Source: Methylocella sp. (GTDB lineage: Bacteria; Pseudomonadota; Alphaproteobacteria; Rhizobiales; Beijerinckiaceae). From it: a stretch of DNA of 64,000 nt. The translations under genes and the position numbers were made by a program. How positions within the stretch are numbered: position 1 is the first letter of the stretch; every line of letters starts with the position of its first letter. Shown one piece after another: positions 16,840-26,136 of the stretch. The notes beneath the pieces were generated by a model. The model was not told where the DNA came from and made no database searches. It was given only the letters and a program-made list of their open reading frames with translations. The stretch covers positions 48,759 to 112,758 of the forward strand of contig DASPVM010000011.1 of the NCBI GenBank assembly GCA_035622375.1, read 5' to 3'.

Positions 16840-18414
16840 TCAGAACGGGTGATATTGATAAAGCCAGGTCTCGCTCAAAGTTTTATCCCCAGCGCGGAGA
16901 TAAAGCCGCATCTCGACAGGGTCCGGGCCGGAAACCGTTAAGTCGAATTGCGCCCGCCAATGACCGGGTACGTCATCTGGGACAGCTTCCGTATAGATAT
17001 AGGAGAATGTGCCGCGCGATGCCCACAAAACGGGTTCAGGCTTGACGCCAAAGGGAAGGGCAGCGAGCGGATCCCCTTGAAACTCGACCATGAATTTGCG
17101 CACGCCCTTTGGCCTTGGCTGCCCGGGTTGGCCGCCATTTCCCAAGCGTGTCGCAACGCAGCGCGCAAGCTCCGTTGGGTAAGGCTCGTCAGCCGCCCAG
17201 TGGAGACGATAGCCCATGTTGAAGCTTGAGCCAGCAACCGCCGCTTTCTCCGGTACCCACATGGCAACGATGTTGTCGTGGATCTCGTCGTCCGTTGGGA
17301 TTTCGACGAGTTGCACCGAGCCCTTGCCCCAGGTCCCCCTTGGCTCGACCCAAAGGCTCGGGCGGCGGTCGTAGAACACGCCGTCCTGATAGTGATCAAA
17401 CACCCGGTCGCGCTGCAATAGACCAAAGCCGCGCGGGTTCTCATCCGAAAATGCCGAAGTCAAAACGCGCGGCGGATTGTTCAGCGGCCGCCAAATGCGC
17501 TCCCCGCTGCCGGTCCAGAGCGCAAGTCCGTCTGAATCATGGACCTCTGGCCGCCAATCGATACCTGTAATTTTTTTTGTCTCGGAAAACCAGTACATCG
17601 ATGACATGGGCGCGAGGCCGAAGCGATCGATGTCCTTCCGCAGAAAAAGAGTTTGATCGATATCCATCATCACGCTCTTTGAGCGCTTCAGGACGAAGCG
17701 GCAAGCTCCGGCGATGGAAGGACCGCTGAGCAAGGCGTAGATGGTAAGCCCGTCGGCGGCCTCGGCCTGATCGATGTAAAACTTAACGAAATCAGGGAAC
17801 TCTTCGGCTTTCCCTGCGGCAGCGACATCGAGGGCGACGGCGCGCGCAGATAAGCCATATTGGTGCAGCTCGCCGATTGAGCGGAAATAATCGGCGCCGA
17901 GAAAAGCGACCCAATCGTTCCTGTGCCAATCCAACGCGCCGTCGCGCGCCTCCTGGATGCGCAAGCCCGCAAACCCGGCGCCGCGCGGCAAAGCCCTGGC
18001 GAGAGAATCCTCCGGCATGTCGAAATAGCTCTGGTCGTAGATGATCTCTCGCGCGCTATTGCTATCGACGACATACAAACCGACCGCTTTTGGAAAAAAC
18101 ATGCCAAGATGGAAAAAACTCACAGGGAAACGACCTGGGCCATTGGCGAAGAGCGCATGGTCGATATCAAACTTTATTTTGCCCCACGCTTCATAGGTGA
18201 TTTTGCCGACGATGCTAGGGGTGGGGCGCGCCGGTTCGATATAAGGTTCCCGCGCCATTTTTTGCGCCGCCGCAAGAAGGCGCTCATAAGAAAAGGGCTC
18301 GGCCCCGCCAAGGCTGAGCGCATCGGCGGCCCGGCTTTGGCCACGAAAAGGGTCTAATAGTCCCAAGGCCGCCGCCGCCTTGAGGAAGGCGCGGCGGTCG
18401 AATGCTTTTCTCAT
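16840..18414 (-). CDS. opgD: Periplasmic glucan biosynthesis protein (OpgD/MdoD-like, Tat-exported)
   Basis: 524 aa. Twin-arginine leader MRKAFDRRAFLKAAAALG and MdoG/MdoD-family body. No opgH is adjacent. Confidence 0.75.
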   Translation of the reverse strand: MRKAFDRRAFLKAAAALGLLDPFRGQSRAADALSLGGAEPFSYERLLAAAQKMAREPYIEPARPTPSIVGKITYEAWGKIKFDIDHALFANGPGRFPVSFFHLGMFFPKAVGLYVVDSNSAREIIYDQSYFDMPEDSLARALPRGAGFAGLRIQEARDGALDWHRNDWVAFLGADYFRSIGELHQYGLSARAVALDVAAAGKAEEFPDFVKFYIDQAEAADGLTIYALLSGPSIAGACRFVLKRSKSVMMDIDQTLFLRKDIDRFGLAPMSSMYWFSETKKITGIDWRPEVHDSDGLALWTGSGERIWRPLNNPPRVLTSAFSDENPRGFGLLQRDRVFDHYQDGVFYDRRPSLWVEPRGTWGKGSVQLVEIPTDDEIHDNIVAMWVPEKAAVAGSSFNMGYRLHWAADEPYPTELARCVATRLGNGGQPGQPRPKGVRKFMVEFQGDPLAALPFGVKPEPVLWASRGTFSYIYTEAVPDDVPGHWRAQFDLTVSGPDPVEMRLYLRAGDKTLSETWLYQYHPF

Positions 18415-18499
18415 CGAATCCCTTTGCGAGGTGATGGCTTGGGCGTGCGCAAAATATTGCGGTGCGATTGAAACTTATTTGCTTCAAGCAGAGGGGAGG

Positions 18500-18733
18500 T
18501 TAACGGATGGGCTCGTGGCGGATTGCGGTTCGCATGAAGTAATAGAGAAGGACGAAACCGCCCAGGGCGAAAACCGCCTCAATGGCGCGGCTGACAAGCG
18601 GGTCAAGCTGCAGCAGGCCGCCAATGGCCCACCCGGCGGCCCAAGAGGCGCCAACCATTTCCGTGCCGACGAGTATCGCCACCGCGGTGAGGGTGGAGAC
18701 ATGGATCCAATTGATTTTATTTTGCACTGCCAA
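18500..18733 (-). CDS. Small two-TM membrane protein, function unknown
   Basis: 77 aa with two clear hydrophobic helices and plausible codon usage. No recognisable motif. Confidence 0.45.
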   Translation of the reverse strand: MAVQNKINWIHVSTLTAVAILVGTEMVGASWAAGWAIGGLLQLDPLVSRAIEAVFALGGFVLLYYFMRTAIRHEPIR

Positions 18734-18892
18734 AATTACTTAGCTCCTCTCGTCAGGCTGGCGCATTGCCACGCGGTATAGATATGCGGTGACCCTGCTT
18801 TAGCCACTTTAGCTACTATATAACTCACAGATCCTAGGCAAGACCTCTAGAGGGTTTGTCGGGGATCTAATAAATAGCGGACAGAGAAACCC

Positions 18893-20641
18893 ATGGATGA
18901 TCAGCTGGCAACTACCAGAGGGGAAGGCCTGCCGGCTTTTCCGTGGTTGAAATTTTATCCTCCAGGTGTTCCCGCCGCGATTGAGGAACTGCCGTACGAC
19001 TTTCTTGGCGAAATTCCGGCACGGTTAGCCGCGCGCAAGCCAGATGCCGCGGCGTTCACGACAGTTATGCCAAATGGCTCTGCGGCGAGCCTCACCTTCG
19101 CTGAACTAGAACGTTACTCCGATGATTTTGCCGCCTACCTTAGGCAAACGCTCCACCTCAATGCGGGTGATAGGGTTGCCATCCAGATTCCGAATGGCCT
19201 GCCTTATCCCGTCGTGGCCTTTGGTACTTTCAAAGCGGGCTGCGTCCTTGTCAATGTTAATCCGCTTTATACGGCGCATGAGATGGTGCACCTTTTTCAA
19301 GACGCCGAGCCAGCTGCCATCGTTTCGATCAATATGTTCGCCGATAAGCTTGGCGAGGCAATTGAGCAGGTCCCTATTCCCCACATCATCCTCACGGAGG
19401 CGGCCAGCCTCTTTCCAATGCCGACGCGGCGTCTCATTGGCTTCGTCCAGAAATACATCCGGAAGGAGGTACCAAAACCGCGCTTCTTGCACACTCCATT
19501 TGCCAGAGCTCTCGCGGCTGGCGCCGCCAGTATACGCGCTGGCGCGCGGGTCAAGGATTACACGAAGGGCCTCGACCAAAATGCTCTCGCCTGTTTGCAA
19601 TACACGGGAGGCACGACGGGCGTTAGCAAAGGAGCCGTGCTCACTCACCGAAATATGCTCATGAATGTAGCGCAGTTTCTGACATTGCATAAAGACAATA
19701 TACTCGAAAGCGACCACGTCCTCACCGTGCTGCCGCTCTACCACGTCTTTGCTTTCACGGTGAATCTTCTCGGCTTTTTCACCCGCGGCGCGCATAATGT
19801 GCTGATCCCGAGTCCAAGGCCTCTCACCAATCTCCGGCAGGCTTTTGAAAGGATCCCCATCACCTTCATCACGGGGGTGAACACGCTTTTCAACGGCCTT
19901 GTGAATTCGCCCTGGTTTGCGACTAATCCCCCGCGGAGCCTGCGAATATCCGTCGCTGGCGGCATGGCGTTGCAAAACTCCGTCGCCGCGCGCTGGCAGG
20001 AAGTTACGGGAACCCAGGTGGTGGAGGGTTATGGCCTCAGCGAAGCGTCTCCCGTCGTGTCGTGCAACCCGGCGACGAAGGTGAAAGCCGGAACCATTGG
20101 TATCCCGCTCCCATCAACGGAAATAAAATGCGTCGATGATGAGGGCAGGGAGGTTGCCATTGGTCAGCCTGGTGAACTCATCGTGCGGGGCCCGCAGGTC
20201 ATGCCGTGCTACTGGCGCCAACCGGAGGAAACCCGCAGCGCATTGCGCGATGGATGGCTCTATACAGGCGATATCGGCAAGATGGATGACGAGGGCTATT
20301 TCAGGATTATAGACCGGCGCAAGGATATGATCCTTGTCTCGGGCTTTAATGTCTACCCAAGCGAAGTGGAGGACGTCCTCTCGTGCCTGCCGGGCGTGCG
20401 CGAATGCGCCGTCATCGGCGTCCCGGATCCGGCGACGGGCGAGGCGGTCAAAGCCTATATTGCGCGCGAAGACCCATCTCTCGATCGCGCTGCCATTCGC
20501 GAGTTTTGCAAGGGAGAGCTCGCCGCTTACAAAGTTCCTAAATTCATCGAATTCCGTGAAGACCTGCCAAAATCGAATGTCGGTAAAATTTTGCGCCGGC
20601 AGCTTCGCCAAGAGCATCTTGCCGGTCATAACGAACGCTAG
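18893..20641 (+). CDS. fadD: Long-chain fatty acid--CoA ligase
   Basis: 582 aa. AMP-binding signature LQYTGGTTGVSKGAVLTHRN, then YGLSE, GDIGKMDDEGYFRIIDRKKD, and a C-terminal GKILRR. Confidence 0.9.
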   Translation: MDDQLATTRGEGLPAFPWLKFYPPGVPAAIEELPYDFLGEIPARLAARKPDAAAFTTVMPNGSAASLTFAELERYSDDFAAYLRQTLHLNAGDRVAIQIPNGLPYPVVAFGTFKAGCVLVNVNPLYTAHEMVHLFQDAEPAAIVSINMFADKLGEAIEQVPIPHIILTEAASLFPMPTRRLIGFVQKYIRKEVPKPRFLHTPFARALAAGAASIRAGARVKDYTKGLDQNALACLQYTGGTTGVSKGAVLTHRNMLMNVAQFLTLHKDNILESDHVLTVLPLYHVFAFTVNLLGFFTRGAHNVLIPSPRPLTNLRQAFERIPITFITGVNTLFNGLVNSPWFATNPPRSLRISVAGGMALQNSVAARWQEVTGTQVVEGYGLSEASPVVSCNPATKVKAGTIGIPLPSTEIKCVDDEGREVAIGQPGELIVRGPQVMPCYWRQPEETRSALRDGWLYTGDIGKMDDEGYFRIIDRRKDMILVSGFNVYPSEVEDVLSCLPGVRECAVIGVPDPATGEAVKAYIAREDPSLDRAAIREFCKGELAAYKVPKFIEFREDLPKSNVGKILRRQLRQEHLAGHNER

Positions 20642-20649
20642 GAAGATCA

Positions 20650-21291
20650 CTACCAGCGCAAAAGGCGGCTGCCGGCAACCGCCCCGAGGGCTGTAAGGAA
20701 GGCAATCGCGAGCGTATACCAAAGAGCGACAAAAAATGGCGAATCGTCAGGGCAGTGGGTGGCGTAGAGAAATGCGCCGATTGCCCCCGCAAGGAGCCCG
20801 CCCGCGGCCCCAGCAGCCACTGGGTCGCAGGGAGCGCCATAACGCAGCCAAAGAAGGATGGCGATGAGAGGCGCAAAGCCGAGGAAAGTGATGCTTTTCA
20901 AGCAATGCACCGCATTGGTGCCGATTGCTTTTTGGGTCCAAAGGCTTGCCGGCACAGTGTGGAACTCTAATGCGACGGCGGTCCCGAGAAGAACCGGGAT
21001 AATACAAAGCGCGAGAGCGGCCCGCCTAGGATCGATGCCTGGGCGGGCGAGTCGCAATACCCATAGCGCAGACAGCAAAACCAGCAAGAACGCCAGGCCG
21101 ATCTTAAATAGTAAACGCGGTTCCGTGGCGAGCAGTGCCATGAGGTGAGGCCTCGGCCCGAGGACCACAAAATAAAGGCAGAGGGTGATCGCGACGGCAG
21201 GGATCACCGCGAGGGCAAACGCCTGGCGCAAAGCCACGGGGCGGATTGTGCAGTCCGAAACGAGCGCGCGGATCAGCTCTTCCGTTTTCAC
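20650..21291 (-). CDS. nrsF: NrsF-family anti-sigma factor (DUF1109, six-TM)
   Basis: 213 aa. MKTEELIRALVSD N-terminus typical of DUF1109, multiple TM helices and conserved Cys residues. Its ATG overlaps the stop of the upstream ECF sigma gene (21288-21291). Confidence 0.85.
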   Translation of the reverse strand: MKTEELIRALVSDCTIRPVALRQAFALAVIPAVAITLCLYFVVLGPRPHLMALLATEPRLLFKIGLAFLLVLLSALWVLRLARPGIDPRRAALALCIIPVLLGTAVALEFHTVPASLWTQKAIGTNAVHCLKSITFLGFAPLIAILLWLRYGAPCDPVAAGAAGGLLAGAIGAFLYATHCPDDSPFFVALWYTLAIAFLTALGAVAGSRLLRW

Positions 21292-21935
21292 ATCGCCTCC
21301 GCGCGAAATTTTCTGGCAAGAGAGGCAAGGCCCCGGTGCAACGCCACGCGGACGGCGCCTTTGCTCATGGAGAGGCGCGCGGCGGCATCGGCAATCGATG
21401 CCCCCTCGACGGCGATGGCCCGCACAACTGCCTGCTGCCCTTTAGGCAGCATCTCTAGGTGGCGCCCGACATTCTCGGCGGCAAGATCCGGCGCCGGGCT
21501 CGAATCCATCAGAAGATCCGGAAAATCATCGAGCAAAACGGTGGCACGGCGGCCGCGCCGCCGCAAGGCATCGATGATCTTGTGGCGGGCAATGGCGCGA
21601 AGCCACGGTCCGAATGGAGCATTTTGATCCCAGGTCTGCCGCTTAAGGTGTATGGCCAGCAGCGTTTCCTGCACGACATCCTCGGCATCCGTATCCGCCA
21701 TGCCGGCCGGAGCCAACCCCCGCCGCGCGACGGCACGCAGCATCGGCGCGAGCTGGCGCAGTAGCGTCCGGTACGCGTCAACATCGCCAGCCATGCTCGC
21801 GCGCATGAGAAGGGCCCACTGTTTTTCTCTGTCGCGGGCGCGCACTAGGCCACCACTTCCCTGGTTCGGACCATGCGGTCGACCCGTTACCGTTTCGAGC
21901 AATTTCGCCATCACATTTTTGTCATGGCGATGCAA
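21288..21935 (-). CDS. ECF (sigma-70 family) RNA polymerase sigma factor, SigF-type
   Basis: Region 2 (DAEDVVQETLLAIHLKRQTWD, PWLRAIARHKIIDALRRR) and region 4 (QQAVVRAIAVEGASIADAAARLSMSKGAVRVALHRG). It is translationally coupled to nrsF. The start is uncertain; internal Met codons lie at 21911 and 21806. Confidence 0.9.
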   Translation of the reverse strand: MHRHDKNVMAKLLETVTGRPHGPNQGSGGLVRARDREKQWALLMRASMAGDVDAYRTLLRQLAPMLRAVARRGLAPAGMADTDAEDVVQETLLAIHLKRQTWDQNAPFGPWLRAIARHKIIDALRRRGRRATVLLDDFPDLLMDSSPAPDLAAENVGRHLEMLPKGQQAVVRAIAVEGASIADAAARLSMSKGAVRVALHRGLASLARKFRAEAM

Positions 21936-21946
21936 TTGACGCAGAT

Positions 21947-21972
21947 GTAACGGCGGCGCTCGCCGAAACGTA
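21947..21972 (+). promoter_or_regulatory. Candidate ECF-type promoter GTAACG-N16-CGTA upstream of the DUF2282 peptide gene
   Basis: GTAACG at 21947-21952, a 16-nt spacer, and CGTA at 21969-21972, about 83 nt upstream of the bufA ATG and in the divergent intergenic region. An AAC-containing -35 with a CGT-containing -10 is the hallmark of ECF promoters. Confidence 0.4.
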
Positions 21973-22054
21973 GAAAAAAAAGTAAAGAGGAGGGGTCGCT
22001 CGGTTCAAGGCGATTCATCCGACAGCAACGCATAACCCTTATAAGGAACGCTCA

Positions 22055-22354
22055 ATGTCCAAGTCCAACAAAACAGAGATTTCCGCTGCCACGATTGCCG
22101 CCGCGGTCGCGCTTCTTGCGGTTCCTGCTTCCGCGCAAGAGGAAATGGGGGGGCCAAAGCCTGGCAAGGAGAAATGTTATGGAGTCGCATTGGCGGGAAA
22201 GAACGACTGCGCGTCGGCTACCGCTGGCATGAGCTGTGCTGGGACGTCAAAAGCCGACTACGACCCGGGAGCTTGGATATATGTTCCGAAGGGAACGTGC
22301 GAAACGATGAAGACGCCAAAGGGCATGGGAAGCCTGAAACCAAGTAAGTCTTAG
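22055..22354 (+). CDS. bufA: DUF2282 (BufA1-type) exported RiPP precursor peptide
   Basis: 99 aa with a Sec signal peptide ([12 protein letters not shown]|QEE). The core has four Cys in the DUF2282 pattern: [19 protein letters not shown] and VPKGTCE. Confidence 0.85.
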   Translation: MSKSNKTEISAATIAAAVALLAVPASAQEEMGGPKPGKEKCYGVALAGKNDCASATAGMSCAGTSKADYDPGAWIYVPKGTCETMKTPKGMGSLKPSKS

Positions 22355-22422
22355 TAAGATAAGAGATGTCTGCGGGGGCTGCTCTTTGGCAGTCCCCCCA
22401 CAACCTCAAAACGGGAATAGCG

Positions 22423-23292
22423 ATGATAACTTCCAGACTGCCCGCAAGCGCCGGGGTCGGTTTCAAACCGCACCATTTCAGCGCCATTTCCGCCGCTCCG
22501 CAACCGGTTGGTTTTTTCGAGATCCACGCCGAAAACTATATGGGGAAAGGCGGCCCTGCACACGCGCAGCTGCGCTTCTTACGGGAAAACTATGCCCTTT
22601 CCATCCATGGCGTTGGACTAAATATTGGCTCGCCCGCCGCGCTCGACCGAGAACACCTCGCGCGCCTCAAGCGGTTACTTGACCTTTACGAGCCAGAGAG
22701 TTTTTCAGAGCATCTCGCCTGGTCTGGGCATGACGGCTTTTTTTTCAACGATCTCCTTCCCATACCTTATGACGAAGCGAGCCTTCGCATCGTAATAGCG
22801 CATGTTGACGAAGCGCAAACGGTGCTCGGGCAGCGCTTGCTTCTGGAAAATCCCGCGACCTATATTCGCTTTGCCCAATCTCAAATCCCCGAGACGGAGT
22901 TTTTACGCGAGATTGCCAAGGCGACCGGCTGCGGCCTTCTACTCGACCTCAACAATGTTTTTATTTCCTCGCGCAATCATAATTTTGACGCGGCTGCTTA
23001 TCTCGCCGGCTTCCCCCTCGACGCCGTTGGCGAGATTCACCTCGCCGGGCATTTCGAGAGTAAGGATGATCAAGGCGATCTACTCTTGATAGATGCGCAC
23101 CAATCGGGTGTTTGCGCTGATGTTTTAACACTTTTTGACGAGGTGATCGCGCAGGCTGGACCGCTGCCGGCGCTGATCGAATGGGATAATGAAATACCGG
23201 CGTGGGATGTGCTTCTTTCCGAGGCTCGTGCGGCCCAGGAGCGGCTGGACAGGGCAGTAAGATGCGCCCACAACGCATCGGCTGCGGCATGA
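22423..23292 (+). CDS. bufB: DUF692 multinuclear non-haem iron-dependent oxidase (MNIO; BufB/MbnB family)
   Basis: [40 protein letters not shown] and GEIHLAGH motifs. ATG 22423 is preferred over the upstream ORF start at 22366. Confidence 0.9.
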   Translation: MITSRLPASAGVGFKPHHFSAISAAPQPVGFFEIHAENYMGKGGPAHAQLRFLRENYALSIHGVGLNIGSPAALDREHLARLKRLLDLYEPESFSEHLAWSGHDGFFFNDLLPIPYDEASLRIVIAHVDEAQTVLGQRLLLENPATYIRFAQSQIPETEFLREIAKATGCGLLLDLNNVFISSRNHNFDAAAYLAGFPLDAVGEIHLAGHFESKDDQGDLLLIDAHQSGVCADVLTLFDEVIAQAGPLPALIEWDNEIPAWDVLLSEARAAQERLDRAVRCAHNASAAA

Positions 23293-24077
23293 GCGAGCCG
23301 CCCATGGATGGCGAAACGCCTTTTGCCGCCTTTGCTGATGCGCTCCGCGCCGAAGGCGGCTCTCTTCCAAGCGGTGTCATCGCCTATAATTCGAATGAGC
23401 CGCGCGCGCGTTTTTCGGTTTATCGCAACAATGTGATGAGCGGCCTGATCGGCGCGCTCGAAGCGCGGTTTCCGGCAACCCGGAAAATCGTTGGCGAGGA
23501 ATTTTTCAAGGCGGCAGCTGGAGTATTTGCCAGCGCGCAGCCGCCGCGCTTGCCTCTTATGGCGTTTTACGGCGAGGAATTCCCGCAATTCCTCGCTGGT
23601 TTTGAGCCGGCAAAAGAAATACCTTATCTCGCCGATGTGGCCCGCCTCGAAGCGGCCCGCACATGCGCATATCATGCCGGCGATGCGGAACCCCTCGCGC
23701 TTTCTGCTCTGCGCGATCTCCGCCCCAAAGCTTTGGCGCTAAGCCGCTTTAGCTTTCACCCCTCGTTTGAAATCGTCGCCTCAAGTTACCCGATTGTGAC
23801 AATCTGGGCCATGAATTCCGGCGAGTTGGATCTCGCCCCCATTGAGGATTGGCGCGGCGAGGATGCACTCGTCTCACGGCCGGCAATGAATGTCGAAGTG
23901 CGCCGCTTGTCTCCCGGCGAAAGTGTTTTTTTGCAGCGCCTTGCCAAGGGAGAACTCCTTGGCGCCTCTGTGGCCTCGGCCGCCGCGTGCGACGAGAAAT
24001 TCGACCTTGCCGCCAGCCTTGCCATGCTTTTCTCGGGGCTCGCAATCGGCATCACATCCCTGCCATTGGAGGCTTGA
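23289..24077 (+). CDS. bufC: DUF2063 protein (BufC-type MNIO partner)
   Basis: [32 protein letters not shown] and [13 protein letters not shown] match the DUF2063 N-terminal domain. The start ATG overlaps the bufB stop (ATGA at 23289-23292). Confidence 0.85.
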   Translation: MSEPPMDGETPFAAFADALRAEGGSLPSGVIAYNSNEPRARFSVYRNNVMSGLIGALEARFPATRKIVGEEFFKAAAGVFASAQPPRLPLMAFYGEEFPQFLAGFEPAKEIPYLADVARLEAARTCAYHAGDAEPLALSALRDLRPKALALSRFSFHPSFEIVASSYPIVTIWAMNSGELDLAPIEDWRGEDALVSRPAMNVEVRRLSPGESVFLQRLAKGELLGASVASAAACDEKFDLAASLAMLFSGLAIGITSLPLEA

Positions 24078-24081
24078 TTTT

Positions 24082-24567
24082 ATGAGAAGGCGCGGCCCGA
24101 ATGCGGGAACCAGGCGAGGTTTCGCCGAATTGCTGCTGGACTTTTTCGCGCTTCTCGACCGATTTCCCCAATCGCTGATTTCCCTCGCCGCTCGCTTCTT
24201 TCCGGCCGCGGTCTTTTGGCGGTCCGGCCAGACGAAGGTCGAAGGGTGGCACTTGAAGGAATCGGCCATTGCTCTCTTCCAGGATGAGTACAAGCTTCCT
24301 TTCATCGATCCCAAGCTCGGCGCCGAGATCGCCGCGGTGTTCGAGCATCTGTTTCCCATTTTGCTCGTCATTGGGCTCGCCAGCCGCTTCTCTGCTTTCG
24401 CCCTTCTCTTTATGACCGCCGTCATCCAGATTTTCGTCTACCCCGATGCTTGGCCCGAACAGGGGGTATGGGCGACCTGCTTTCTCGTCGTCATGGCGCG
24501 GGGCGCCGGTGTTTTCTCCGTCGATTATTTTATCAAGAAAATTTTTCGTCGCGTAAGGCCGAGCTGA
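24082..24567 (+). CDS. DoxX-family membrane protein
   Basis: 161 aa, four predicted TM helices, DoxX-like FPAAVFWRSGQTKV region. It starts 4 nt after the bufC stop, so it is the same operon. Confidence 0.8.
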   Translation: MRRRGPNAGTRRGFAELLLDFFALLDRFPQSLISLAARFFPAAVFWRSGQTKVEGWHLKESAIALFQDEYKLPFIDPKLGAEIAAVFEHLFPILLVIGLASRFSAFALLFMTAVIQIFVYPDAWPEQGVWATCFLVVMARGAGVFSVDYFIKKIFRRVRPS

Positions 24568-24678
24568 CGCTTTTTTCAGTTTCGGCCTTCGCCAGCTGCG
24601 GCATATGTCTGGAAATTCCTTGGAGACGCGCCATTTGTGATTCGATATTCTTTGCGGCAGCTACGCAAGGTGAAGCTC

Positions 24679-25098
24679 ATGAGCACTCAGTTCACTAAAG
24701 GCGAGGCATTCTTAACCTTCGTTTTTTGCGCGGCGATCTTTCCTGGCGTGATTGCTAGCAAGTCTTCTTTCGCGGCTACGCCGCCCGCCATGGCGGCGGA
24801 TAAAGACCACAATGGTACGATCGATCTTGCGGAAGCAAAAGCTGCGGCAAGCGCTGCTTTCGCAAAACTCGATAAAGACGGCGACGGCACTCTCGATTGG
24901 AAAGAAGCCAAGTCACGGCTCGCTAAGGGTGAATTTGCGGTCGCTGACGGGGATAGTGATGGCACCGTATCTAGAGACGAATATCTCGCCCTCACGGAAA
25001 AGTACTTTAATGCCGCGGACGCCAATCATGAAGGCACCGTCGATGCCAAGGAACTTCATTCCAAGGTTGGCCGAGCATTATCTCGCCTCATCCAATGA
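24679..25098 (+). CDS. Secreted EF-hand calcium-binding protein
   Basis: Signal peptide, then four DxDxDG-type loops: DKDHNGTID, DKDGDGTLD, DGDSDGTVS and DANHEGTVD. Confidence 0.8.
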   Translation: MSTQFTKGEAFLTFVFCAAIFPGVIASKSSFAATPPAMAADKDHNGTIDLAEAKAAASAAFAKLDKDGDGTLDWKEAKSRLAKGEFAVADGDSDGTVSRDEYLALTEKYFNAADANHEGTVDAKELHSKVGRALSRLIQ

Positions 25099-25158
25099 AT
25101 GTATGCTAGGCGGTACGTGCCATTCACCGATTAAACTGCTTCACTAACGGTAAAGACC

Positions 25159-26115
25159 ATGCCCTCAAAACTCGATCAGCTCAGAAAAATGACCACCGTT
25201 GTCGCCGATACTGGCGATATCGACGCCATCCGCCGCCTCGGCGCGGTCGATGCAACGACCAATCCCTCGCTTATTCTCAAAGCTGCGAGAATGCCTTCCT
25301 ATGAGCCTATTTTGAGGGAAACCATTATCTGGGGCCGTGATCGCAACCATTTAACGAGCAAAGTTGCCGAGCATCTGACTTTAAGATTTGGCTGCGAACT
25401 TGCCAAGATCGTCCCCGGCCGCGTGTCAACGGAGGTTAATGCCGATCTGTCTTTCGACACCGAGGGAACGATCGCCAAGGCTCGCCATTTCATATCCGAA
25501 TATGAGAAGCTTGGCGTCGGCCGTGAACGCATATTGATCAAAGTTGCAGCGACTTGGGAGGGTATTCGCGCCGCCGAAATTCTTCAGCGCGAAGGTATTG
25601 ATTGCAACATGACCCTCGTCTTTTCGCTGACGCAAGCCGCTGCCTGCGCCGATGCAAGGGCGTTTTTGATTTCGCCCTTCGTTGGGCGAATCCTTGATTG
25701 GTACACGAAGGCAGAGGGAAAGACTTACACTCCAGAGGACGATCCCGGTGTGCAATCTGTCCGGCAAATCTACAATTACTATAAGACTCACAACATCAAG
25801 ACGATCGTGATGGGCGCGTCCTTCCGCAGCAAGGGGGAGATCGAGGCGCTCGCGGGATGTGACCGGCTCACTATATCGCCGCAACTTTTGGAAGAGCTGG
25901 CTGCCGATAGAGGCGAACTCCCGCGTCAGCTCGATCCGAATAACATCAAAGAGCCGCCGAGTGCAAAATTATCGCTCGACGAAAAGACTTTCCGCTATAT
26001 GCTCAATGAAGATGCCATGGCGACGGAAAAACTCTCCGAGGGCATCCGCATCTTCGCGCGAGACTTGCTTGGGCTGCAAGAGCTTGTCTCGAAGCATCTG
26101 CGGGAAGCTGCCTAG
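25159..26115 (+). CDS. tal: Transaldolase
   Basis: 318 aa. [27 protein letters not shown], and the active-site region [12 protein letters not shown]. Confidence 0.95.
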   Translation: MPSKLDQLRKMTTVVADTGDIDAIRRLGAVDATTNPSLILKAARMPSYEPILRETIIWGRDRNHLTSKVAEHLTLRFGCELAKIVPGRVSTEVNADLSFDTEGTIAKARHFISEYEKLGVGRERILIKVAATWEGIRAAEILQREGIDCNMTLVFSLTQAAACADARAFLISPFVGRILDWYTKAEGKTYTPEDDPGVQSVRQIYNYYKTHNIKTIVMGASFRSKGEIEALAGCDRLTISPQLLEELAADRGELPRQLDPNNIKEPPSAKLSLDEKTFRYMLNEDAMATEKLSEGIRIFARDLLGLQELVSKHLREAA

Positions 26116-26136
26116 GCACGCAGAAGCGGCTTGGAT

